Shown here in pieces: positions 52,505 to 64,000 of a stretch of 64,000 nt of DNA. This stretch comes from Pristiophorus japonicus (taxonomy: Eukaryota). A program made the position numbers and the translations under genes. The notes beneath the pieces were generated by a model that saw nothing but the letters and a program-made list of their open reading frames with translations, was not told the DNA's origin and searched no databases. Each line of letters starts with the position of its first letter. The first letter of the stretch is position 1. The DNA lies in contig NC_091997.1 of assembly GCF_044704955.1 (NCBI RefSeq), forward strand, positions 33,046,001 through 33,110,000. Direction: 5' to 3'.

Positions 52505-52625
52505 AAGCGAAGCCAATAGGACGTGGTTGAGGTAATAAATGCAAATTATCATGAAAAGAGACGGCAAAATATGAAACAACTCATTTGTGCTGAAGTAAAT
52601 CACAGAAAACTGTTTATGAGTGAAC
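52505..52625 (+). promoter_or_regulatory. HoxB8 proximal promoter/5' conserved region
   Basis: CCAAT box (AGCCAATAG), GTAATAAA, ATGCAAAT octamer, GTAAATCA (Pbx-Hox type) and TTTATG upstream of the ATG. Confidence 0.5.
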
Positions 52626-52775
52626 CTCCTCAGGAAGATGTGATATCAGGACACTATATGTTGAGATCAATAAGATGAAGGTTTAATCTTTAAAAAAAAT
52701 AATTCTTGGCTTGTTTGTTTGTTTGTCCAAACACTAAGTTCCCTCGGTTGAGCAGAAAGATCCTTGTCCTTCCCA

Positions 52776-53202
52776 ATGAGCTCCTACTTTGTGAATTCGC
52801 TGTTTTCCAAGTATAAAAGTGGGGAGACTCTGCGCCCCAATTACTATGACTGTGGGTTCACCCAGGAGTTGGGCGGCAGACCCACGGTGGTTTATGGACC
52901 CGGCACCGGGAGCACCTTCCAACATCCCAGCCAGATCCAGGATTTTTACCATCACAGCGCGGCCACCCTCTCCACCTCGGCGTATCAACAGAATCCATGT
53001 GCGGTGACGTGTCACGGCGATGCGGGCAGCTTCTACAGCTACGATGCCCTGCAAAGGCAGCCAATTTTCGCCGCCCAACAGGAGGCCGAGCTGGTCCAAT
53101 ATCCCGACTGCAAGTCGACGGCGAACAGCCTGGGAGAAGATGCAGAGAATTCAGAACAGAGTTCCTCTCCGACACAGCTTTTCCCGTGGATGAGACCGCA
53201 AG
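52776..53202 (+). CDS. HoxB8: Homeobox protein Hox-B8, exon 1
   Basis: [38 protein letters not shown] and hexapeptide FPWMR. Donor G|GTGAG at 53203. Confidence 0.96.
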
Positions 53203-53591
53203 GTGAGGCTTTGGCAGGAACCAGCAAGAAGTAAAGAGAGAGACAGAAAGATAGTGATAAACACACACACACAAATTTTTAAAACACAGTAAGGTTGATT
53301 TCCTGAACCAATACAGGAAATGCTGAAACTTTAGTGTTTTATGATTCTAAAGTTCAGCACTTGTAAATTACTTTATACTTTAATGGTCCTGAAGGCGGGT
53401 TTTGAAGTGTGGTATATTGCGTGCTGTTTGTAGTTTTATTGCGGTTTTATGGCACATTTTTTTCCTACGGTGTTGAATACTGTTCAATAGTGTTTGGATC
53501 CTGTTTTAGAACCCCTCGTATAACAGCTACAAAGCCTCACTGAGATGCCTCTCTTGTTCCTCCTCTCTCTCCCTCTCCCTCTCTTTACCAG

Positions 53592-53881
53592 TAGCTGCAG
53601 GACGTCGACGGGGAAGGCAAACATACAGTCGCTATCAGACACTAGAACTTGAAAAAGAATTTTTGTTCAATCCATACCTGACTCGCAAACGGCGGATCGA
53701 AGTGTCACACGCACTGGGACTGACCGAGAGACAGGTCAAAATTTGGTTCCAGAACCGAAGGATGAAATGGAAGAAAGAAAACAACAAAGATAAGTTTCCC
53801 AGCAGTAAGTCTGAAATAGAAGAGACGCCAAAGGAGAAGGACGGGAAAGAGGAAGAAGAAGACGAGGAAAAAGAACAATAA
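53592..53881 (+). CDS. HoxB8: Homeobox protein Hox-B8, exon 2; spliced product 238 aa (237 aa with the alternative acceptor)
   Basis: Acceptor CAG/TAG at 53589-53594. [72 protein letters not shown]. Confidence 0.96.
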
Positions 53882-54259
53882 TAATAAAAAATAATAATTT
53901 AAACAGTATAAACGCTAACTGGACGGGGAATGGATAGAATAATGTGGGCGGTTTTTAAATAGTGCGGGTGTGAGAGGCAGAACAACTGTTACTGATCACT
54001 GTTTGATACAAAATATTGTACGGAAATGTATGGAGGTGTAGATTAAAAGGAACATTTCAACTTTTTACCAGATATATACGTGTTGTTGTGTAACAATCTA
54101 GCTATTTTAAGTGGGTTCGTGTAAAAGTATTTGATGTGAAGCTCATAGAACAATGTACTAGTGTGTGTGTGTGTGTATGTGTGTGTGTGGATATACTGCT
54201 GTAGAATTCTGAAGCCCTGTGCACTATTCCAGCTAATAACCATTAGCTTAAAGAACGAT

Positions 54260-54281
54260 CCTGACAACATGAAGCTGCCTA
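54260..54281 (+). promoter_or_regulatory. Extended miR-196 complementary site in the HoxB8 3' UTR
   Basis: CCTGACAACATGAAGCTGCCTA pairs with all 22 nt of the miR-196 encoded at 36785 (18 Watson-Crick pairs plus 4 G:U). Confidence 0.9.
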
Positions 54282-55320
54282 TTTAAGCTTTAGCTGTTTT
54301 AGAATGTTATTGTTTACGTCTATGTTGTATTTATAAGGTTGTTTTCTCCAATTTGGCATGTGCATCAGTAAAGGCTGTTTTTTTTAAAACAAAATGATGA
54401 AGAAAGTGATCTTTAACTTTAAATTGTGAGAAAATTCTACTGTATGCGTGAATTGCTTTTATTGGGGGAGGTGGGGTGGGAGGGTGGGGGACCGGTGGTA
54501 CATTATTGTTATACACCAGATTGGCCCATTGTTTGACCATGCAAGCGGCGGAAAAGAGTGACAATAAACTTTACAAGCGAAAACAGAATTGTGAAACTGC
54601 TCGGCTTTTAAAAAAAATAGAATTTCTTTGAATGAAGAGATTTGGCAAAACTGCATATTGTGTCGAGTACGAGATAGGCAAATGCACAGAGCGATGGATA
54701 GATAATGTTGTTGAAAAGTGACCATTAAAATATCAATAACACATAGCTATCGCACCTGACTCAATTTGTCTTTGTGACCTTTTTATTAGCGACCTGTTTA
54801 TGTTTGCAGCTCACTTGACTCATTTGCACTCATAATTCCTCCCTCCCCACACCACCCCCTGTAAAAAAATGGGACAAGTTGAAGTTCGCTCTGAGCTATC
54901 TGTGGCGAATATAAACAGCAGATTTTGTTTGTGCATAAACTAATGTTGTACTTTTTGCAACAAAAAAAATAGATTATGAATACTTTCCTTCGGCTAGCGA
55001 CCGATATTAAAGTAGAAATCGATTAGAAGAACTTGTTAGAACTCAATCCAGTCCGCGCCCCCCCTCCCCCCCCCCCCGCCCCTCCAAAAAAGCTGTTTTG
55101 ACAAATGCGTTTCCCATTGTAAACTGAATCCCATCTACAGAAAGCCAATCGATTTTTTTAAAAATCCCCATCTACAGTCTCAATGCAGCCAGCCTAGAAC
55201 CTCAACCCGCGTCCCATTCACCTTATATTTAAAGTTAGTCACTTTATTACTTGGATACAGGAATTTTGCTTTTGATCAGAGAAATGTTTCTCTCATCCAA
55301 GGAAGCAGCGGGTAGCCTGG

Positions 55321-55480
55321 CTGTCATTGGTCGGCCGCGTCACGTGCCGACTATCACGTGCCTCGGGAGGAAAAAGGGGGTTCTTCCAGTGTAAATCTGG
55401 ACTCTTAATTCCGTAATATATCACCGTACCTCGTAAAACCGACACTGAAACGTCCCGGCCTACAAATCACCGGCCAAATT
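55321..55480 (+). promoter_or_regulatory. HoxB7 promoter and 5' UTR
   Basis: CATTGG, two CACGTG boxes, and GTAAATCTGGACTC...CTCGTAAAACCGACACT...CTACAAATCA...GGCCAAATT-ATG, which resembles the conserved Hox7 5' UTR (from memory). Confidence 0.65.
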
Positions 55481-55880
55481 ATGAGTTCATTGTATTATGC
55501 GAATGCTTTATTTTCGAAATATACAGCCGGAACTTCTATGTTTCCAACCGGGGTATTTTCCGAACCAACTTCTTGCGCGTTTGCCTCCAACTCCCAGCGG
55601 CCGGGCTATGGCTCGGGATCGGCTTCCTACGCAGCCACGGTGCCGGCTCTGTACAGCTCAGCCAACAGCCTGCACCACCAGAGCCCGACCATGTACACGT
55701 CTCCTTACGGCCTCAACGCCAACTCCTTTAACATGCACTGCTCTTCCTTCGATCACAACATCTCCTCAATGATGTGCGGCGCGGGGGACTCCTGCAAGCA
55801 GACTTGCAGCAAATCGGAGCAAAGGGAGACAGACTCCCAGTCCGAGAACTTCCGCATCTACCCTTGGATGAAGAGTTCAG
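55481..55880 (+). CDS. HoxB7: Homeobox protein Hox-B7, exon 1
   Basis: [14 protein letters not shown] (HoxB7-diagnostic start), SCAFASN and [11 protein letters not shown]. Donor G|GTATGT at 55881. Confidence 0.96.
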
Positions 55881-57239
55881 GTATGTGAAAAGTCACAGAA
55901 GATGAAACCTCTTTGAGGGACCGTGAATTACTTTATTGCATTATGGTGCCATGTTCATTTATGACGTTCAGGGGTATAAAATGCAATGTGCCCTCCCCCC
56001 CTCATAAGCAATCAAGTCGTTGAATTGGATGTATAATAGCTCCTTGTGAAAAAATATTCAATGCCACCTTAAAATAAAATGGGGAATAGAGTGCTGCAAA
56101 GTTGTGCATTAAAAGGCAAATATATTCACACATTTCAAAGAAGCATGTATTCTTGTTCTTGTAAGTGTTCACCAATCTGTGCTCTTAATTCCAAAATAAC
56201 ACAGCATTGAGCCCGGAAAATCCCTTGAGACTTAACTGGCCTCTTTATTTTCTTTTTCTCTTTATTTCCATTAAATCCTGTTACAATTCAGCTTCGGTTC
56301 AAAGTTTCTCTCGGTGTTTCTGAGTTGCAACGTGCTATTGGGTGTTGTGGATGCAGCTGGAGGGGGGGGGGGGAGGTGGTAGAGAAGCGGCGTACATCAG
56401 GGATGCCTAGAAGATGACAAATGGAGGCTAGAAAAAAGTGCGCAAAACTAGCATTAAATATTTAAAAAGATATTTCAGTTCAATGGGAATTACATCAATG
56501 CGCAGGCGAACGTTGCTTTGGCCGAGTCAAACCAATGCGGCAGTTTACACTTGTGTAGCTAATGTGGGGAGTGTGTGTGGGGGGGGGGGGGAGGCATTAC
56601 CCCATTTTAGCAGCTCTTTTCAGCCAGCCAAGCGAGAGCGTTGTTTCTATGCCTATTCCACATTTGTTTTATTTTCTCCTGTATGTTGGCGAGTTGGAAA
56701 ACTGTCGACCCTTTACTGAATTTGGAGGCTGGTGCTTTCAGCATAGCCGCGCAGACAAAGTGCACCAGAGTGTTATGCTTTGAAACACATCGCAGTATCC
56801 ATTTTCCAGCTACCTGTCAGGTTCAGGTTACATAACATTAATTCACCTAAAATCCAGAGAGCTGAGGATGTGGGCTAACCACCATCCATCAATAGATTAT
56901 AGTTGTTAAACTAATGCAAATAGCCTTCTTTAAAACTAATAGCTAAATAGAAAATTAAACTCAATATAGTTTTGAGTCTCATTACATGATAGGGTTTTAG
57001 GCCTGCATGTGCTTGCTATGTAAACAATTCAAATACTTTCACATATACAGCCATCATCCGTCCTTTATAAAGCATTAATACAACCTTTATATTGATTATA
57101 ATCAGTTACTTTCCGACAGCAATATGTTGTATCTGTCAAGGGGATATTCTGGATAAAATGTTGTAAGTTGTGGCAATGGTGAAGTGCAGGGAAGGGCAGT
57201 GCTGATTTTTAAAAAAGGACTTTGCTGTCTTGTTTGTGA

Positions 57240-57539
<300 letters not shown>

Positions 57540-57642
57540 AGAAAAACACACTTCTAAAAACTAAAAAAAGAGGCATAAACTTAAATGACTTTTTTAACAA
57601 ATGGAGCGATTTGCTCCTCATTTCTTAACACTGAAACAGAAT

Positions 57643-57650
57643 ACTACCTA
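57643..57650 (+). promoter_or_regulatory. miR-196 8mer seed site in the HoxB7 3' UTR
   Basis: ACTACCTA about 100 nt after the stop codon. Confidence 0.7.
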
Positions 57651-59389
57651 AATCTGTAACTGTTTTACTTGTAGTTTGTTTTGTACAGATTAGAGGGAAT
57701 AACCCATATCTATATTGTACAAGTACAGTTATATATGGTCTGTGCGTTAGCCTTTTTGATGTGGTGAATTTGTCGTTGCTGTAATTAGCTTGCTTTACCT
57801 TGTGTGTTTAAAGGAAATCATGTCAGTGACTTTATATTTGTTACTGTATCGATGTAATTTCATGTCAGTAAGAAATAGTTTTGAAAAGGAGCTGTGAGTA
57901 GTCACAGTCCGTGTACAGATTATTAATGTTCGTCCCGTATAAACTCCTGTTATAGTTAAATATATAAAAATAGTGTTCTGGTGGAAGTGTTGAGTGTAAC
58001 TTCTATGTACATTTTTTGATATTTAAAAATGGACCATTTATGTCTGTTCAGTTGAGTTTTCGCGCTTTAGTATGAAGGATGTATACTGTTCTGTGAAATA
58101 AAATTAGGGTTTTTTTTCGTTATTTTGCCTCGCTATCAAAGTTCATATTTTGTACAACACAGACACAGCATAATCATAACATGTCCCTCAACCAAAATAC
58201 CAAAGGCTGGGAGGCGTTTCATGAGTCAATGCCAATTCCTCTGTCAGACTAACCCCATTATTTTCGCTCGGACTAATTCCCAGTTTTGCGCCCCAGTGTA
58301 TAAACACTCGACTCTTTAAAACTAGCTCTCCTGGTTAAACAGAATTCGGCAATTACACGCAACAAAGGGACTGGAAGCACACCGAACGTTGGCGTGGGAG
58401 CTGTAAACCTATCTGTGTCTAAATAAAGATATAATACATTGTGAAGACAATGTAGCTGGGGTAGGCGTCGGGTGTCAAGGCATTGCATTTCGGCGGGTAA
58501 ACAGTTGCAAAATTACTCGTAAAAGGTGCAGTTAATATATGCATTGTACGTAAATGCACTTTACATAGCAAACATAAGTGTCCCCGCCAATGAAATATTT
58601 TTTTGCCGGAAAGCAGGGACGAATATTATTTTAACAAATACTGGCAACATATAAAATGGGCAATGCCATTTTCACATACAAACGATTGTAATTGTTTACA
58701 TAAGAATTAACTAATTTTGCTATTTAAAAACATTCTGACGATTACTATAATTGAAATATTCTCTTATGGTGGTTTAAGCGCCTCGTCTTGTAGAGAGTGA
58801 ATTCAGTCAGTTTACCAGGAGCTCGAGATTGCGATCGGTTTATTCTCGCTCTTGTCCTTTTGGAGTATACAGGACGAGTGAATCCTTCTGACTTGATCAA
58901 AGAAACCGGTATACTATTGTATTCAAATACACTGCGTTCCTTCAAAAGTAAATATCAGGCAAATATGGATGAAAATTTAATTTTGAGAAAATAACACGTC
59001 GAACTGTGAAAACCGGCTTTTAAAATGAAACCAGGCAAATTTCGTTAAACGAACCGTTTTATCTACTTAAGCTAAACTGAATCCATAATTTTACATCATA
59101 TGTTTCAACAAATTGCGCCAATCGCAGCCGCACAGAAAGAGTCCAGGACTATTTGATTTTCGCAAAAGCTATTTTTTATTTTATGTAGCTACCCTTCTTT
59201 CTACGGAAAGAAAAGAGGCGAATGCGGGAAACACGGAGGAATGGGCTTTGGTTTAAACTGGCACAGAATGAAAAGACAATTCATATAAACATTGCCATTT
59301 TGTAAAAGAGCATTTAATAAAAAATATTCTTTTTTTGCCATTTTGCTTTAGCACAAAACATGGCGGCGAGGGGGCCTGTTGTTAGGAGT

Positions 59390-59545
59390 CATGAAGAAAT
59401 GCAATAAATTCCTTGTTGTTTTATGAAAATTTACAACTTTGTGATAGAACTTTATGAGTGGATCGGTCCTTCGATTGGCCGCTGACGGTCATGTGGATAG
59501 CAACCGTGAACATGAACTTTTTATGATTTCCCATGTGAGTATATT
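59390..59545 (+). promoter_or_regulatory. Conserved non-coding element between Hox7 and Hox6 (probably the 'H8/7-6 four-cluster sequence')
   Basis: CAATAAATTCCTTGTTGTTTTATGAAAATTTACAACTTTGTGATAGAACTTTATGAG...GATTGG...GAACTTTTTATGATTTCCC, with several TTTATG (Cdx/posterior Hox) sites. Recognised from memory of Hox cluster comparisons. Confidence 0.6.
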
Positions 59546-62500
59546 GCAGTATTCTTTTGGCCACCGTACCTTGGGTCGGTCCTATGTCCTCCTCAGGGCT
59601 TCTATCGGTTTTTTTTTACAAACTTTGATAGTTAATATTGGCGGTGAAAACACACACACACACACACAGACACACACATAGGCAGAGACATAGACACACA
59701 CACACACACACACATACACGCGCACACAAAGTAAACAATACTTTTTCTTTTGTAATCTACTACTTGTCCGCCGATTGGGAATTTCAGCAATGGATGGAGT
59801 GGCGCAAATCTCAGTGATGTGGATGATATCATTTTTCAAAGAGGCTCGAATTCCGATTTCCCGTGTAAATGACTGATGCATGAACCCGGCCACTCTGCGG
59901 CCGCAGGTTAAGGGACGGCTATCAGTTTGGGACAATATTGTCGGTGAAAAAAAATCGCGCTGGTTCCAAAGTGAGAGGAGGCAGTCGAAACAAATTCACA
60001 GACGATGCTGCAAACGGTAAGGCGAATATTAGCACGTCTTTTACAATTGATTTAAATAATTCGACTAAATGATTTCTGTGCAGAAATTCAGCAAAAAAAC
60101 TCAGAAAATAATTAGAGACTTGTTGACGTAAGTTGTACAATATATTTATTGCATTTTATTCTAATGAGCCTGTGTTTAGAGACTGTAATGTGATGCAGCT
60201 GTAGAAAAATTATTTCTTCAATTTAAATGAGAGACCGTGAGTTTTTGGCATTGATTTCAATCTGCAAGCATTTGTGCTTCACATGTCTGTTACATAATTA
60301 GCAAGCCAGTTATCCAGTATAGCTGTGGCTTGTTGACAAATCTATAATTGTGTTCAGGGACGAGTTCTGTTACATGGTAATGTTAAATGAGCTCGGCGAT
60401 TGTTAATCTTCTCTCGAGGGTCGCGCATTGCGTGAACAGTTTTATCAGGAGCAGCAATTAGAGCCGGCAGTGTCACCGAGAGTGACGCACTGACGTATTA
60501 TAATTGTGTTGGAATAGTGGTGTTTTTCCTCCTATTGTGTCTCACGTTTGTTAATAATTTGTTCTGAGTCGAGCATTTGGTGCTACAGTTACAAATTCAT
60601 TCGCTCACGATCTGCGACAGGTTTTTTTTCTGTTGGAGAGCATTAGGGTTTCAGCTTACACCGATAGTGGATAACAGTACCATGATATAATATAAGATGG
60701 CGTTTAGATGACCGTGGTTTAGAATGTTTAGCAACCAAGAGGCCCAGTAGCTCAGCATTGATATAATATAAATCCACCAGGGTTTTTGCTGGAGGGAGGG
60801 GGGGAGAGGGCGGAGGGAGAGGCTGAATTTCTGGCTCTCTGCTGCCACCTTGCGTTCCACTTGGCCGAGGAAGTCAGAAAATAATGGAGAAAAGAGGACA
60901 TGCTGCATTGTATCTGCAGAATATGAAAACGAACTGAGCCTCATAAACGAGCCCCGCCGATGTATATATACTGTCGGGGTGTGTGCGTGTGCATGCGTAT
61001 TTATATGTAACTATTAAGTTTGCAGCGATTTTCACTATTGGTCTATGTGCTTTTAAGTAGCAAGTTACATATTTGCTTCCCCTTCATTTCTGTCTCTCTC
61101 AATGCAACAATTGCACTAACTAGTATAGAACTATTAATATTTGTGATTTTATTTTATTGACTGTTCTGTTCAAAGCAAAAAATAAGCTCAAAGTATTTGG
61201 AAAAGGAAAGATATAGTACACGGCAACCCTGCCGCAGTGCTGTGTACGAATGTAAATGCATCGTGATGGTCTGTTGGCGTCTCTCTCCCAAATGTTTTGC
61301 TTTAAAAACAACCAATTCGTAGTAAACAGAAATGATTCGGAGGAAATTTCACGGTTGTTGTTGTAGAAATCGAATTTTGAATCAAAGTCAATCTGCAATT
61401 GCCATTTGTAAAATGCCTGTGCAAACAGATCTCACAGGAGCAAATTCCTGGCTACCTCCTAATAGCGGCAAATTAAAAGCAAGGCCCGCGTTTGCTGTCT
61501 GTCCGTGCGCAGATAGCAATGCTGCAAGTCAGTCCTGTTATGTGCAAGGCCTGGCATGTAAAGCATAACCAGACCGGCTACAAATGAATTTCTCCCTTTA
61601 ATGTCCCCGACCTATTGCAATAAACCCGACCCAGAGAACTGCCAGCACCCCTTTAGTTTTACCTTCCCACACTATGAAAGAGGATTTTAAACCTTTTCCC
61701 TGACAAAGAGATGTTGAAATTGACACCAAAAGTAAATGGCGACCCTCCATGACCAGTGAAAGGGAACATTGTCGGGTAGTGGGAATATGTAACTAAGACT
61801 TAAAACTACAATATTTAGTGAAAGGTACAAATATCAAGTTTGTATTCAAAAACATGTCTTATTCAGCAATCAAAAACTCAGGTTAAAACATTTGTACACC
61901 GGATTTGTTTAACCAACTATGACATTTCTTGGGAGCTCAGCGTTGGGACAATTGTGCTGTGAAATAGCCATAATCTTACAATGTTTGTTCTACGTGGTTG
62001 TATAATTCCAACTCTGTTTATACTGAATTTATTAAAAAAAATAATAATGAATAAATAAAACAAAACTTACACCGACTGTAACGCACCTTTGTAGCTTACA
62101 GGGATTCAGGTGATACAATCAGACGGTATCAATCATTTAAAAAACGACCAAATAAAAACAAAATAAACTTAAAGTTACAATAAAAATATCTAGTTGGGGC
62201 CCAAATTTCTAAAAAATGAAAAGAAAAAAGGTTCAGCAAGAGAAATTAAACATCGCATAGCAACTGATTTGAGTCGGTTGTCTCCGAGTACTAATGTTAT
62301 TTGGAAGGTTGCAATGTATATGCAGAATCTTGATATCACTGCTGTTTGAAACTTTCTTGGCAACTAGAACAAGAAAATAAAACAAAATAGAAAGTAAAAA
62401 TCTAAGATTTAATTTGGAAAGACTTGGTTTGAATCCAGTAACTACCGCTTCTAGAAGCAATGCCAGACTGGGACGCTCTCAGATGGGAAAAGTTTCGCCT

Positions 62501-64000
62501 ATGCTTTCTCACCCAGCTCAAAATGACATGATTCTGGATCAAGAAAACTGCCCGCGTCTGAAAATGAACTAGCATCGAGAGTGAAGCCTTTCTTTAATCT
62601 CTGCCATGTGCTCACTAATCAGTTTATGATTCTTTGAAACAGATGTTTGAAACCAGGAAGTGGTGCGTTCCAGAGGAACTGCTAAAAATAAATCCTAAAG
62701 TCCAACACAAACTCTCTGCTTGCAACATTTAATAGTTAAAAATGGTAAAATAATAATATCTCTTTAAACATATATTTATGCGTTTTCGTCTAAAGTGAAA
62801 ATGGCTAAAACTCCGTTTGATATACTTAAATTGCTAATCACAGATGGACACAACATGTTTGTATTTTTTTTGGAACAAAAACCGTCTTGTGCATTTCACG
62901 AGTAAAGTATAAAGATTTATTCAAAGAATAGCTGACGTTTGAATAAAAGACACATTACGAAATTCATACGTTACAATGCAAAACTATTTTATTTCTATAA
63001 CACATAATTTAAGAATACAACACAACATAATATCAAATATAGAAATCGGAAGAACCACATTGACTGATATCTGAAGTACTGTGCACCAATCTATATATGT
63101 AGGCGTGTATCAGTTTACAGGCTGTGTGTAGTCGTGAATATCACCGAGTAGCTATTAAGCACTTAACATAAGTGACTTCAAGTAATATTCGTACATATGT
63201 GTGAGGATACACGGAATAAGTCTGTAAATGGTGTACTCACTGAACGAAACAGAGTACATTTAAATATAGCCATACTTCTGTCAGCGAAAACCGTTCTTGC
63301 CGCTTTTGGGCGCAGGCGCTGTTTCGTTTTACAAAGGCGGCCACTCTCTAACAAGTTGAGTTTTTAATAAATTTTGAGCCATTTTCTGTGATGTTCCCCA
63401 TTCGTCTATTCAAAAAAAAACTCTTCACATGTTGTTCCGAGAACTTTAAAATATAAAATCGTAGTTTCTCTGTAGCGAATGCGTCTGTGCCATTCCGCTG
63501 CTGACTCCCTCCCGGGTTTTGGGTCTAGTTGCCTTTTTTTCTCTTTGGAAAGTTTCTTCCGTTGGCTTTGCGGTTTCAATTAAAGATTAAAAGTTGGTAT
63601 TTTGATCTCCTTTTCGTGTGCCTCAAAGTTAAACCGCATCACATTAATACACAGCGAGAGAACTGCAACACAAGCACAACAAACGTCTATCAGGATCTCT
63701 TGAGTACTTAATATATTTATACACATACAATGCAATATGTGAACGAAACTGTTATGGCAAATAACACGGGGAGCTGGAAATGTCAATGGAAGCATCTTAT
63801 ATGTAAAACAGACCAAATGCATCTTTAATTACACAATCACAATGCAAACCAGACCGGTAAGAAACATAAAACCGACCTCCGATTGAAAAGGGAAGAAGCA
63901 ATAAAATGTAGTTAATAAGTGTTTAGTGAATTATTATCTGAATGCACGGATACTGGATGGAGTTTTATTTTGCTTGTGGTTCAGTTTGAAGGCGGTGGAT

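Noticed and set aside
41727-53274. Antisense ORFs overlapping Hox exons
   Set aside because: Expected shadows of GC-rich coding sequence with no independent support.

Overview
Eukaryotic vertebrate DNA: the posterior-central part of a HoxB cluster, very likely from a cartilaginous fish. That assignment is an inference from an intact Hox10 gene next to HoxB9/B8/B7 and from shark-type CR1/L2/RTE/SINE relics. All genes are on the + strand in canonical order: HoxB10 (2 exons, 26247-32815), miR-196 (36770-36853), HoxB9 (41688-43136), HoxB8 (52776-53881) and HoxB7 (55481-57539). Retroelements are dense at 5.9-13.7 kb, occur inside and just after HoxB10, and were not seen 3' of about 34.5 kb. The main unexpected signal is two heavily eroded Hox pseudogene relics in the first 4.4 kb, in the order and orientation expected for the lost HoxB12 (about 908-1700, weaker) and HoxB11 (about 3308-4374, stronger). 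These were read by eye against remembered paralog-group consensus sequences and need alignment to confirm. Other points of interest are a miR-196 gene with in-cis targets (an all-wobble full-length site in HoxB8 and an 8mer in HoxB7), a 5'-inverted RTE insertion with a candidate TSD, a dense nuclear-receptor half-site cluster at 15.0 kb, and a NAGNAG acceptor in HoxB8. Three assembly gaps are present.
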